This document shows, in pieces, positions 43,224-57,317 of a stretch of DNA of 64,000 nucleotides. The first letter of the stretch is position 1; every line of letters begins with the position of its first letter. Origin of the DNA: Eledone cirrhosa (lineage: Eukaryota); the NCBI GenBank assembly GCA_964016885.1, contig OZ024756.1, positions 41,478,001 to 41,542,000 of the forward strand. Reading direction: 5' to 3'. The position numbers and the translations under genes were made by a program. The notes under the pieces are model-generated. The model was given only the letters and a program-made list of their open reading frames with translations, ran no database searches and was not told the origin of the DNA.

Positions 43224-43606
43224 TCTTTATATATATAAAAGCGAGGATGTGTGTGTGTCTGTGTACAAATTTGCATACGTAAGGCTTTTACAATTACCAA
43301 CTGAATTTGACCAAATTTTCTGTGCACGTTGCACAGGTCGCTAAGATTGTCACATCACAAACCTTTTTCAAATCGACGCATGTTGAGCAATAAAAAATCG
43401 ATATCAAAATTATCGGTAGCAAAATTGATGTAAAGGAGATAACCAACTTTATTGACAATCCTTATAAAAAAAAGGGAGATAACCAACTTTATTGACAAAT
43501 ATAAACATCAGATTCATTTGAAGATAAATCACTAATATTATCGTTTGTTTCTTGTTTATTCTTTGTTGCATTTCAAACCCCCGGCAATGCCGGGTAAATC
43601 TACTAG
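43224..43606 (+). mobile_element. Non-autonomous Helitron, complete
   Basis: 5' A|TCTTTATATATATAAAA; 3' hairpin CCCGGC-aat-GCCGGG (43580-43594) 8 nt before CTAG|T; inserted between A and T with no TSD. Confidence 0.88.
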
Positions 43607-43649
43607 TATATATATATATATCAGTCTATCTATACTGTATATATATATA

Positions 43650-43830
43650 AAGTATTTCCGCAGGAAGGGTAAAGTAAGGAGAGTGCTCTATGTATGCTAT
43701 AGAGCTATTTAATTATGTAATAAACAACATATTCTGATGAGCGATTTCAGACGTCTGTGTTGAGCTCGTCTGTCTTCGTGAAACCTTTGGTAAATGGAAT
43801 GATTGTCTTATGCTGTTTATTACATAATTA
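43650..43830 (-). mobile_element. Family G element with a hammerhead on the + arm (43731-43795)
   Basis: ATT-CTGATGA-GCGA..CAGACG..CGTCTG..TCGT-GAAA-CC-ttt-GG-TA-AAT; the minus-strand tail has GAGCAC and matches 15620-15688. Confidence 0.8.
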
Positions 43831-44695
43831 TATATATATATATCAGTCTATCTATACTATATATATATATGTCTATCTATACTGTATATATAATTATATA
43901 TATATGTATACACGCACACACACACAGACTATATATATAATATATTATTTTTATTGGAATCCAAGCAACAGATAGATTACAATATGGCGGCCAGTTTCTC
44001 AACATTATTTCGCTACATTTCATCGAATCCAATGTGAAAAATACTTAACCACTTCTCGTCGTTTCTACAGAAAATTAAGCAAAGAAAAAAAGTGTGTCTC
44101 GACTTTACGATTAATTGAATATGTATGTATGTATGTATACATATATATATGTGTGTGTGTGTGCGTGTGTACGCGTGCGTGCGTGTGTGTGTGTGTATCA
44201 CCACTACTACCACCACTACAACTACCTCCACCACTACTTCTACCACCACCACCACTACTACCACAACAGCCACTACTACAATTACTAACACAGCGCTAAC
44301 GAAAACATGAACGACCGTAAAGAAAAACAAACTAAAACAAAAAAAAAAAAAAACGCCTGCAACGACAACAACAGCAACAACAAAAAAAAAAAAAACACAA
44401 GACAAAACAAAATAGAAAAAAAATCCACAATAATGACAAAAACAAAAAATTAACCAAAAAAGCCTCGTGCACACAACTGTAGGAAAAAGTCGATGTTTTG
44501 TAAAGCTGGTAAAATGTCCAATGTCAACTATACAACATGGCGGCTAAGTAGTAAGACGCCATTTTTACAAAGGGACAAATAATCCCTAGACAAACTCTCG
44601 ACTTTTTAACATTAGGAATTTTTTTGTCAAGGTTCCTTCTGTCAACTTGTATAAGGGTTTTTTTTAAATATATAAATGTGCGTATGTATGCATAC

Positions 44696-44746
<51 letters not shown>

Positions 44747-44956
44747 TTATACACACACACACATACGTATATATGTATCCTTATACACACACACATATAT
44801 ATGTGTATATTTGTACACATAGGTGTGTATATCGTTCGAAACTGAACGTAGTATACATAAAAGCTAAGCGAGTCAACTTAGTGTCGCTGTTGCTGTTGTT
44901 GTTGTCTTTCCTATCGGTCAAGTTCGTACTCCGAGAACATGGGTGTGTGTGTGTGG

Positions 44957-45023
<67 letters not shown>

Positions 45024-45975
45024 CATGTGTCATTGGTGGGGGTGGTGGTGTGGAGGAAGTGGTAGTGTGGGGGATGTATTTGTTATTTTAGCCATGTACA
45101 TAATCAAGTAAACGTATAAGAGACATTGATGATTTAGAGGTAAGTTAGGTGAAATGTTTGGCTGTTCTACAGAACATGATGGATGGCGGCGAACAACAAA
45201 AACAGCATAAACACCATCAACTATAACAAAAGCAAAAGACCATTAACAACAACAAAAATCATCATCAACAACAACATTCCTATCACACCAAGAATTATTT
45301 ATTTTTATTTCCATTATTCTTATATTTTCATTTATACTAAATTTTATTTAATTTTATTTCAAGTTTTTATTTTAATTTTCTGTATTAATTTTAATTTTAA
45401 TTTTTTATTTTTAGGTCCATTTCATATCTTTTATTTTCATTAATTTTCTTCGCTTTTATTATTATTTTCATTGTGTTTTTTGCTTATTTCAATATATTTA
45501 TTTTTATATTTTTTAATATATATTTTAAAGGTATCTTTCACAGGGGTTTGTTACCTTTGAAAAAAAAAAAAAAAATAATAATGTTATTCTTGATAAGATT
45601 TAAACCCACCTTACAAGTCGACAATTTTACACGGCAGGTGTCTTACAGGAAACCTTTATATTTTTCTAGTTTTATTTTATTTTAGTCTATTTTATATATA
45701 TATTATTTATATTTTTCCCTTTCTTTTGTGTCCCTTTCTCAACCATATTTCATTTCCTTATTTCTTTTCTTTCCTTGTTCATTCCTTTCTTTTTCTATAT
45801 TTCTCTTTCATCCTGTCAGATCGAAAGTAAGAAACCCCCAACATCCTGATCAAACGATGTATTGCTTCTTAAAACCTGTGATTATTTTCCTGGTTATGTT
45901 GTAGTCACGCTCTAATTCACACCACTAACGGAAAAGTTGCTTTCTTATATTCTCTCTCTCTCTCTCTCTCTCTCT

Positions 45976-46123
<148 letters not shown>

Positions 46124-46209
46124 GGCTAACAAGAAAGTTAGATGCTTTTGTTTGTTCGTCCCAATTGTTTCTTTTTTCCGTGTGCAATTTTGAAATTATA
46201 TATATATAT

Positions 46210-46560
46210 ATGTATATACATATACAGTATATATATATATACACAGTATATATATAGAGATATATACAGTATATATATATACATATATACAGTATATATA
46301 TACACATATATACAGTATATATATACACAGTATATATATATATACATATATACAGTATATATATACACAGTATATATATATACATATATACAGTATATAT
46401 ATACACAGTATATATATACACAGTATATATATATACATATATACAGTATATATATACACAGTATATATATACATATATACAGTATATATATACACAGTAT
46501 ATATATACACAGTATATATATATGCAGTATATATATACACAGTATATATATATATATACA

Positions 46561-46604
<44 letters not shown>

Positions 46605-46880
46605 TATATATATACACAGTATATATATATATACATATATACAGTATATATATACACAGTATATATATATATATATACATATATACAGTATATATATATA
46701 TATACACAGTATATATATACAAAGTATATATATATACAAAGTATATATATATATACATTTATACAGTATATATATACACAGTATATATATATATACAGTA
46801 TATATATATATATATATACACAGTATATATATATATATATACAGTATATATATATACATATATACACAGTATATACATAT
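46210..46880. repeat. Compound repeat (TA)n-(CA)CAG
   Basis: Read directly. Confidence 0.9.
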
Positions 46881-46979
46881 AAAATTGCACACGGAAAAAA
46901 AAGAAACGTGGGACGTGTTATATATACATGTGCTTTGTAGGTAGAATTTAGGAGATGGAAATTGTACAAAAGCTCGTCG

Positions 46980-47067
<88 letters not shown>

Positions 47068-47074
47068 CTAGTGG

Positions 47075-47482
47075 AGTTCTAATTCAGGCACAAGGCCAGA
47101 AATTTGTTGAGAATAGAAAGTCGATATAATCGACCACAGTATTTCACTGGTACTATATGTTATCGATCTCGAAAGCATGAAAGTCAAAGTTGACCTTGGT
47201 GGGATTTGAACTCAGAACATAAAGATCCACAATTAAATAACGTAAAGCATTTAGTCAAGCGCTCCACCGACTATCAGTCCCCCACCCTCGGCTTCCGTTA
47301 ATAATTGTTTCTACTTTAGGCACACGGCCAGCAATTACCCAGTGCATTACTGGTACTTTATTTTATCGACCTCGTAAGGATGAAAGGCTAAGTCAACCTC
47401 GGCGGGATTTGAACTCAGATCGTAAAGGGACGTAACTATGCTGGAAAGCATGGTGTCCGACTCTCTACTGATACTGCCAATC
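47075..47482 (-). mobile_element. Two tandem SINE family 1 copies
   Basis: Diagnostic bodies at 47075-47280 and 47303-47482. Confidence 0.88.
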
Positions 47483-47811
47483 TACTTCCGTTAATAATGA
47501 TTAGTGATAACATGTTAGGAAGTGACAAGATTTGCTGATGACGACAGTGTCAATAAGGAGGAGAATGGAAAATCCTCGTCCTCCACCACCATCGTTATCA
47601 TCATCACCATCGTTATCATCTCTATTGTCATGGTGATAATCATCATCATCATCGCCATCGTTGTCCCAGTCATGAAAATAAACTTCTAAAAAAAACCGTC
47701 AGCAATGATTCACATCCTGGATTGTTTAACGGTGACTGACGATCCTAACACTAATGAATAATTAAATATCGAAACATCTAAATTAATATACGTATGCGGG
47801 GGGGGGGGGGG

Positions 47812-47865
<54 letters not shown>

Positions 47866-47867
<2 letters not shown>

Positions 47868-47925
47868 GGATCTAGCTGTCGAAACAGCCGGAGCTCAGCC
47901 GCCGTCGGGGTCCTGAATCTTTTCA
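47866..47925 (+). mobile_element. Diverged family C fragment
   Basis: TAGCTGTCGAAACAGCCGGAGCTCAGCCGCCGTCGGGGTC. Confidence 0.6.
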
Positions 47926-47944
47926 TATATTATATATATGTTGG

Positions 47945-48118
47945 AAGTATCAGTAGAGGGTCGGACGCCATGCTTTGCAAGCAAAGAGTTACGGCCCTTT
48001 ATGGTCTGAGTTCAAATCCCGCCGAGGTTAACTTTGCCTTTCATCCTTACGGGGTCGATAAAATAAAGTACCTGTAATACACTGGGTAATTGCTGGCCTT
48101 GTGCCAAAAGTAGAAACA

Positions 48119-48120
<2 letters not shown>
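47945..48120 (+). mobile_element. SINE family 1 copy
   Basis: Near-identical to 49870-50061. Confidence 0.9.
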
Positions 48121-48171
<51 letters not shown>

Positions 48172-48768
48172 TACACATGTACACACGAAGATGCAAACCA
48201 AGGCAAACTCTTTCATGTTACACTGCAGTAGACTCTTTATAATAAGTTAATATTGACACGATGCCACACACTGCTATGGTACCAAGTGGACTAATGACAA
48301 TCACATGACTAGGTCCTGTTCTTACCGCCATTGTGTGATGGAAGGGTATAGATCTACTTTGGCCGCATTTGAACTCAAACGTGACGCTGCTAAATACAAA
48401 GAGAGAGAGGTATTTTGTGTGACGGTGCTAAATACAGAGAGAGAGAGAGACACACAGAGAGATATTTTGTGCGACGCTCTATCGATTCGGCCGTCGTCTA
48501 CTGCGGTAGACTTTAAAGAAATCAAAATGTCTTCATGTTTTGTTGTTGGCCACTTGTGATGTAATATTAACAGCGGGTAATTTGTTATGAATTTACATAA
48601 CTTCTGAAGTAATAATTGTGGCCTTAAATCAGTGATTTGGCATCCCAGTAATAATAGCTTTTGTCCGTCAAAGTGGTTTCGGTAAGTTCTTAAAGGTAAC
48701 CTACCCATCCCAACCCCTTTATATGCCATACAAATATGTGGCATTTAGTATGAAATCCTATCTCTCTC

Positions 48769-48816
<48 letters not shown>

Positions 48817-48817
<1 letters not shown>

Positions 48818-48932
48818 AGTTTATCCCGGGTTCAATCGGGGGTAACCACAGTAAGTAAAGTACTCAATACAAAGCAGAGTATAAATATTTAATATAGAAA
48901 TGGCTTCTACAGGACTAGAACTGTTTCATTCA
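48817..48932 (-). mobile_element. Family D element, 5'-truncated inside hammerhead stem II
   Basis: Minus strand TGAATGAAA-CAG-ttctagtc-CTG-TA-GAAGCC...GTATTGAGTAC; (TA)n on both sides. Confidence 0.85.
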
Positions 48933-49071
48933 TATATATATATAATGATAAACAACATGAACATTTTGGGACGTACGGGTGCGCCGTTTTGACATAAGAC
49001 ATGTCAAGGGCTCTTTTAAATCTGGTGGAGCGCGGCCTTGTTTCTACGTTTAAACATAATCGCTTTCTTAC

Positions 49072-49105
<34 letters not shown>

Positions 49106-49565
49106 CGAGAGAGAGAAAGAACAACAGAAGAAGAGTCGATTCTTACTTATTTTATCGTCCTTGAAAGACTGGAAGGCAAAGTTGACGTGGGCGAGATTTG
49201 AAATGAGAAAACAGAGACACGGAGAAGGCCTTGGGTAAAGAACATTCTGACATTCTCAACAACTCTGACAGTCACCTAACTTTACACTTCTATAATACAA
49301 CTTATCATTGAAGGACATGTTAAAGTAATTTGTTTCAACAACACCGTACCAGGTGTTTCACTCTTTAAAGGGCTTGTTGTTGTTGATGTTGTTGATGTTG
49401 TTGTTGTTACTGCTGTTGTTGTCATTACTGTTGTTGTTATCGTTACCGTTACTGTTGTTGTTGTTGTTGTTATTGCTGTAGTTGTAGTTGCTGTTGTTAC
49501 TGTTGCTGGTACTGTTGCTGTTATTGTTGTTGTTGTCGATACTGTTGCTGGTACTACTGTTGTTT

Positions 49566-49659
<94 letters not shown>

Positions 49660-49869
49660 CGCTGTTTTTATTGTTGCTGCTGTTGTTTTTCCAGTAGTAG
49701 TTTTTGATGTTGCTGCTGCTGCTGGTATTGTTGCTGTTGTCATTGTTGTTGTTGTTGTTGTTATGGTAGTGGCAGTTTTTATTGCTGCTGTTGTAGTCGT
49801 AATGATGGTTGTTATTGTTGTTGTCGCTGTTGTTGTATAAGTTAACATTATATGACATTATAGAAAGTG

Positions 49870-50061
49870 GGCTGTCAATTGTCAGTATCGGTAGAAGGTC
49901 GGACGCCATGCTTTGCAGCAAAGAGTTACGGCCCTTTAGGGTCTGAGTTCAAATCCCGCCGAGGTTAACTTTGCCTTTCATCCTTACGGGGTCGATAAAA
50001 TAAAGTACCAGTAATACACTGGGATAATTGGTGGCCTTGTGCCAAAAGTAGAAACAATTAT
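49870..50061 (+). mobile_element. SINE family 1 copy
   Basis: Diagnostic body; ATTATAGAAAGTGG on both sides (49857-49870, 50057-50070) is a probable target-site duplication. Confidence 0.9.
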
Positions 50062-50420
50062 AGAAAGTGGACTCAGAACTGAGGCTCGGCCATCAAATAA
50101 CGGAAGCCGCCATCTTGTGCTAACAAAATACAGACAGACGGAAAAGAAGTCAAAATTGAAATTTGATAGAATAAGAAAATATAAATAAATAAAATGGAAA
50201 AAAACATCATTGTAGTTACATGATTACGTTTGTATGTATGTATGTATGTATGTATGTATGTATGTATGTATGTATGAATGTATGTATGTATGTATGTATG
50301 TATGTATGTATGTATATATGTGTGTGCGTATATATATATGTGTGTGTGTGTATGCATGTGTGTATATATATATATATATGTATGTACCTATAAATGCATA
50401 TACATACATGTATGCTTATT

Positions 50421-50463
<43 letters not shown>

Positions 50464-51034
50464 GCACACACACACACAAATATATATATATATATATAAA
50501 TAAATATATAAATACACATACACACACAAATATATATATAAATATACACACAGAAGTGTGTGTGTGTGTGTGTATGTAATATGTGTGCGTGTGTTAAATC
50601 GAAAATGTATCGCTAATCTTTTTCAGGTATGTAATACATATATATTGATAACAGCGAAGATAAGAGTAAAGATAAGGGGGAAAGGAAAGAAAGGAAGAGA
50701 GAGTGAATGAAGAGAGAGTGAATGAAGAAGAAGGAAAGAAAGAAAGACGAAATAAAATATAATTTATTGTGGGAAACTTGTGCCGAGTAATATCCTGGGA
50801 ATTCTGGGTTTTTTCATTTTATTTTCGGGACCACCCTGAAGAGATTTTAGAAGTAAGGAAGGCGTGGATGGGTGGCTGGGAAGATAGATAGATAGATAGA
50901 TGGAAAGGTGGAGAGATAGGTAGGTAGATAGATATATACATAGACAGACAGACAGACCGACAGACCGACACACACATAAATATTAAAATGTATACATATA
51001 TACTCTCACTCTCTCTCTCTCTCTGTATAAATAT

Positions 51035-51077
<43 letters not shown>

Positions 51078-51374
51078 TTGTGTGTGTGTAATTACTGGAC
51101 AAACAACCAAACATGATGTAAATATAGATGTCAAAATATAGGGAATTTCTGGTGAAGCGAGACTCCCTGCTTCGAATTCCGTTCGATACTATTTCACTTT
51201 AGGTACGTCAACAGAACCCTGGGAAATGACTGCATGTAATACAATCTTCTTTATTTCTATTTTTCTTAACCGTGTCATCGTCACGATAAAAAACCCCAAA
51301 GCTCCACGCCTCTGCAATTGTGTCATATCTGACCTATTTATTGATATATCTTTCCTTATGACCCTTTTAAATAG

Positions 51375-51435
<61 letters not shown>

Positions 51436-51672
51436 TAGTAATTATATATTTTAAAATATTTTGGTAAAAATTCTTTTAATAATAAACAAATAAAACGAAA
51501 CATCTCTTATAATGTATTTGAGGGACCTATAAATATCTCTTATAATGTATTTGAGGGACCTATAAATAACACTTTTATTTTTTTCTTAACCGGAGATTCC
51601 ATCAGTGTCAGTATTTTATGTAATATTAATGTTTAAATTATACCAGACTTTGGTGACATTTGATATATTCGA

Positions 51673-51737
<65 letters not shown>

Positions 51738-51826
51738 ACACTGGAAGGATATATCCGTAGTGGTAGGGCACTCAGTCCCTGGGACGAGTTAGGTAGAAGT
51801 GGTAACACAACAGTTAGTTCACCATG

Positions 51827-51867
51827 CCGAGAACAATTGTTTCACCATAAGCGGATCTTCAGCTCGG
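51827..51867 (-). ncRNA. Minimal type-I hammerhead ribozyme, family E
   Basis: Reverse complement of 51968-52008. Confidence 0.85.
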
Positions 51868-51967
51868 ACTGGTCATGGTTATACGGAACAGGAAGAACAA
51901 CCTGAAGATTAAGGTAGATAAGAAACGCCAATACTTGTTCTTCCTGTTCCGTATAACCATGACCAGT

Positions 51968-52008
51968 CCGAGCTGAAGATCCGCTTATGGTGAAACAATT
52001 GTTCTCGG
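51968..52008 (+). ncRNA. Minimal type-I hammerhead ribozyme, family E
   Basis: CCGAG-CTGAAGA-T-CCG-ctta-TGG-T-GAAA-CAATTG-TT-CTCGG; palindromic stem III, GUU triplet. Confidence 0.85.
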
Positions 52009-52036
52009 TATGGTGAACTAACTGTTGTGTTACCAC

Positions 52037-52087
<51 letters not shown>

Positions 52088-52299
52088 TCATTCAGATATA
52101 CAACCATACATACTAACACATGTATATAATATATGTGAACTGTCAACAGTACTTACTCGCTGTTGCCCGAGTTTCCCTTACCGCGGTTTCAATTATCAAG
52201 AAACACCATTGACAATATCAATAAATTAAAACAGGTAACACTGAAGAAGACTATTTCTCCAGATTAAGACTAGAATGAACAGGATGCACAAAAGAAAAC

Positions 52300-52436
52300 A
52301 GATAGTCATTGAGGAGGTCACAGAATGTGTGACAAAATAACTTTGACGAACTAACGAATAACTAGTAATAAAGAAAAAATGAAAATCATATAGTGCGTGT
52401 GTTTCTTTTTATTGTCAATACTGACGTGACCACCCC
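52300..52436. repeat. Unclassified dispersed repeat (copies at ~63560-63720 and a fragment at ~2125-2168)
   Basis: AGTCA(T/C)TGAGGAGGTCACAGAATGTGTGAC...AAATGAAAATCAT..GTGCGTGTGTTT shared. Confidence 0.7.
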
Positions 52437-52437
52437 C

Positions 52438-52474
<37 letters not shown>

Positions 52475-53357
52475 CATATATGTGTGTGTGTTTAATATGT
52501 ATTTATGTATATATGTTTGTATGCCTATAGATGTGTGTCTCGCGATAAATGTATGTACGTGCCTATGTGTGGCTCTGTGCGTGTGCGTGCATGTGTGTAT
52601 TATGTGGGAAACTTTGCTACAGTAACATATGCCGCCATATTAGATATTCTAAGTTTTTGTTTACAGTGAAATGTGTTCACCACAAACTGGCTTTAATATC
52701 TGTTCCTCCCTTACGGGGATGAGACACCACTTGGGTGATCGTCGTTTTAGTAGTAGTGGTAGTAGTGGTGGTGGTGGTGGTAGTGGTGGTGGTGGTAGTA
52801 GTAGTGGTGGTGGTGGTAGTAGTGGTGGTGGTAGTGGTGGTGGTGGTAGTAGTGGTAGTGGCGGTAGTAGTGGTCGTCGTCGTCGTCGTCCTGATAGTAG
52901 TAGTGGTGGTGGTAGTAGTAGTGGTGGTGGTAGTAATGGTAGTAGTAGTAATAGTGGTGGTGGTAGTGGTGGTGGTGGTAGTAGTGGTAGTGGTTGATGT
53001 GGTAGTGGTGTTGGTTGTGGTAGTGGTGGTGCTGGTTGTGGAGGTTGCTTTAGTAGTGGTGGTAGTAGTAGTGGTGGTGGTAGTGGTGGTCATGATAATG
53101 CTGGTGACGTTGTCGATGATGATGATGATAATGTTGGTGCTATTGTTATATTTGGCTGTTAACATAAAATGTCGGAAAAATAATATATATATATATACAC
53201 ACATACACACCCACACACACACATATATATATATACACACACGCGCACACATATATATATACACACACACGCACACACACATATATATATATAAGATATA
53301 TATATATATAATATATATATATAAGCTATATATATATATAAGATATATATATATAAG

Positions 53358-53455
<98 letters not shown>

Positions 53456-55289
53456 TATTTTTCTCTTTTGAAATCTTTGAAGTTCTTTCGTTAAATTAGT
53501 CAGACTATGAGAGAGAAATTCATAAAATCTATCGAAAATGTAAAGTGACGTATTATCAACGTTATTGTGGATACCTAACATCTGTGATTGGCCCAGAAGC
53601 AGGTAACAGTGACATACATTCACAGGTTTGCACTTATTTAAATCTCTGAAGCGTTAAAACAAATTCATGGCCCTTTACATACCTCAAGACAGAAACGGAA
53701 ATGCTTTCAGTTGTACACTAGGAATTATTTTGTCCTTGTTTTTCTGAAGGTCGAGTAGATCTATGAGCAAAATTGTTCCAGTCGTGGCCATCCCGCTTTT
53801 TTTTTCTTTCCATTCTCAGTATATGTATCGAGGGTCGGTATACCTGAGCTGGGGAAGTGAGGTGAGCTCCTGCTGGCCTACAGAATGGTTCAAATAGGCT
53901 GTGTTTATCACTTCTGCCAGCCAAACTCTCTCCGTTGCGATACTAGCTTCACCAAATGTGTTGGCAGTGAAAGCGAGAGCTCGGCGCTATAACCAATGCA
54001 AAGCTTGGATTGCTCTATCATAAAGTGCAGCATTATCTTGCAACTGCGCACTGCATGTTGAAACCAATCGCCCAAAGAAACTCTGTTGAAATGAACTTAC
54101 ACAGTGTATAATAACTTTTCTTTTCTTTTTTGGTAAATATAGGGTAGCCTTTTATTATACAAAGCATATAAATAAATTTACAGTAGAATAACATAACAAA
54201 TATGTTTTAAATATATGCATAAATAACATTACAAATGCTTAGACAACATAATAAATTGCTCGCGATTCTTGCAGAAAGATATATTCTTTGAATGTTGCAA
54301 TATTAAAGAAAATGTAAAGGAAGGGGTGAACAACGGAGCCAACACCAGAGCAAAAGACAGCAGCGAGGGGTACTGGGCAACCACTCTAATGATTTTTGAG
54401 GCAAGCCAGCACACTGGCAGTGTTACCTCGGGTGATGGCGAGGCTAATAATAACTATATATGTGTAGACTATAGGAATAGTTCATACTACCAAGTCATAC
54501 TCGATTGAGAGTGACGACTGTAGTTGTTGCACACACATATACATACATACACTGACACACACACACATACGGTGAGGCAGACATGATGACATGGGTAAAA
54601 TAAACGAAAGGATTGTTTTATTGTGAATCTGACGGCAGTGAAATAAGTCAAGATGTCTATTATATTGACATGCAGAGACATTATATATATATACGTATAT
54701 ATATATATATATACACACACACACATATATACACACACATATATATACACGTACAAAGCCATCAAGCGAACAAACTTTCTAGGGTGACTTCACCCCTAGT
54801 TAAGAGGGACAAGACGGGGAAGACATGGTTGTAGGGAAGTTACTCCTTGACTTTTTTACACCTCACTTTCTTGGGGCTCGTTTTCATTCTCTTTCTTTCC
54901 TTTCTTTTTTATTTATTTACTCGCCCCCTCTCTATATTTTTCTTTTTTATTGTCCCCCGCTTAGTCAGCTGTCAGCCATATTAAGTCCTGATACACCTTG
55001 ACCGAAAAGTAACACTACTTTAAATCTTATTAGGAGCATAAAGATGTCAGTTAATGGCGAATTGGCAGAGTCGTTAGAAAGTCGGATTGTGTTGCTTTGC
55101 GACATTCTTTCCAGTTCTCTGCTCTCCCTGAGTTCAATGGCTACCCAGGTCACCCTTCACTTTCATCCAGTTCGATATATAAAAAAGTACCAGTCAAGTA
55201 CTGGGGACGAGTCTTACTCTATATCTCTTCCGGGTTCCTTTCTCTCTCTCCCCTTCTTTGGAAGAAATTGGTTCTGTTCACATATTTGT

Positions 55290-55414
55290 ATGTATGTGTT
55301 GTATGTGTGTATATATGTTATATGTATATATGTGTATGGGCATGTGTGGTATATGTATATATATATATATATATATGTGATGTATGTGTTGTATGTGTGT
55401 ATGGGCATGTGTGA

Positions 55415-55445
<31 letters not shown>

Positions 55446-55770
55446 GTGATGTATGTGTTGTATGTGTGTATGGGCATGTGTGATATATGTGTGTATATAT
55501 ATATATATATATGTGATGTATGTGTTGTATGTGTGTATGGGCATGTGTGATATATGTGTATATATATATATATATATATGTGATGTATGTGTTGTATGTG
55601 TGTATGGGCATGTGTGATATATGTGTATATATATATATATATATGTGTGATGTAAGTGTTGTATGTGTGTATGGGCATGTGTGATATATGTATATAGATA
55701 TATATGATGTATGTATGTGTTGTATGTGTGTATATATGTGATATGTATGTATGTGTGTGGCATGTGTGAT
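55290..55770. repeat. ~60-bp compound minisatellite (GTGATGTATGTGTTGTATGTGTGTATGGGCATGTGTGATATATGTG(TA)n)
   Basis: About 7 tandem units read directly. Confidence 0.9.
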
Positions 55771-56567
55771 ATGTATATATATATATATATGTGTGTGTGT
55801 GTATGTTGTATATGTGTGTGTTTTATGTATGTGTGTCGACAATGACTGAACAAGCGAGTGTGACTGGTCACGCTCAGCCACGTGACAGTCACGTTAATAT
55901 CGTACAACAAAGATATCAGTGGAAAATGTCGGTTTGGTGGAAGTTGAGGAAAATAGATCAAGAGATAGAGGGAGAGATAGAGAGATAGAGAGATAGAGAG
56001 ATAGAGATAGAGATAGATAGAGAGAGATAGAGATAGATAGAGAGAGAGAGGGGAGAGAGAGAGGGAGAGGGAGAGGGAGGGAGAGGGAGAGAGAGGGAGA
56101 GTGAGAGAGAGGGAGAGGGAGAGTGATGGAGGGAGAGTGAGAGTGAGAGAGAGTGAGAGAGTGAGAAAGAGGGAGGGAGGGTATACATTATTAAAGACGA
56201 AGGTGTTGGTGGGAGTCGTAAAAGATAAAAATAACAGAAAGAAATGGCGTGTGTTTTAATATAACAATGACAGGTTGATATCCAACAGGGAAATAAGTTG
56301 TGGACAAGATGGCGTGTAAATACCAAATTGAGGTCTATTGTCTACCTTAATAATTGGTGGTGGGGGTGGGGTTATATTGGTGGCGGTGGTGGTGGTGGTG
56401 GTGGTGGTGGTGGTGGGGGGGGGGGGGGGGTTATATTGGTGGTGATCGTCGGGGGCGTGAGAGGGTTATTGTCGTGGTAGAGTGATCAGAGTGATGATGG
56501 TGATGTTAAAGATACACGTGCCTCTGACATGCTCAACCAGCCACACGTTAATTTCATGAGCAGACTG

Positions 56568-56633
<66 letters not shown>

Positions 56634-56641
<8 letters not shown>

Positions 56642-56893
56642 TAAAATAACAGATTAAAGTTTAAGCAAAGAATCGCTGCTTTCACCCTTAACGGGATCTT
56701 CTGAAACTAACAAAGTCAATCTGTAAACACAGATTGACTTTGTTAGTTGCAGAAGATCCCGTTAAGGGTGAAAGCAGCGATTCTTTGCTTAAACTTTAAT
56801 CTGTTATTTTAATAAATATTTGCTCTACGGTTCTATATTTGATATATAGTTATCCTTATCGAGCCCTCTTTGGATTTTAGTCTTCAATTTTAT

Positions 56894-56900
<7 letters not shown>
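56634..56900 (+). mobile_element. Family F element: ~91-bp inverted arms, 4-nt spacer, tail; variant hammerhead fold at 56658-56708 (minus)
   Basis: Arms 56634-56724 / 56729-56819; CAGAAGA core in both arms. Confidence 0.92.
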
Positions 56901-56966
<66 letters not shown>

Positions 56967-57149
56967 CAGGTCTCTTCCCTATTATATCATCACACTGATC
57001 ACTACCACAACAATAACCCTCTCACGACCCCGACCACCACCACTATATAACAGATCCCTTCAAAGGGGGTTCCATGTTCAAGGGCGGTGCCCCAGCATGG
57101 CCTCAGCCGGATGGCTGGAACAGGTAAAAGAGAGTAAAAGAACAAAAGA

Positions 57150-57221
<72 letters not shown>

Positions 57222-57267
57222 ATATATATATATATATATATCAATATATATATATATATATATATAT

Positions 57268-57317
<50 letters not shown>

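Larger units (their letters stand above)
51737..52041 (-). mobile_element. Family E element: ~107-bp inverted arms, 34-bp spacer, tail
   Basis: 51794-51900 and 51935-52041 are reverse complements; the tail 51737-51793 (minus) has GAGTGC. Confidence 0.92.
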
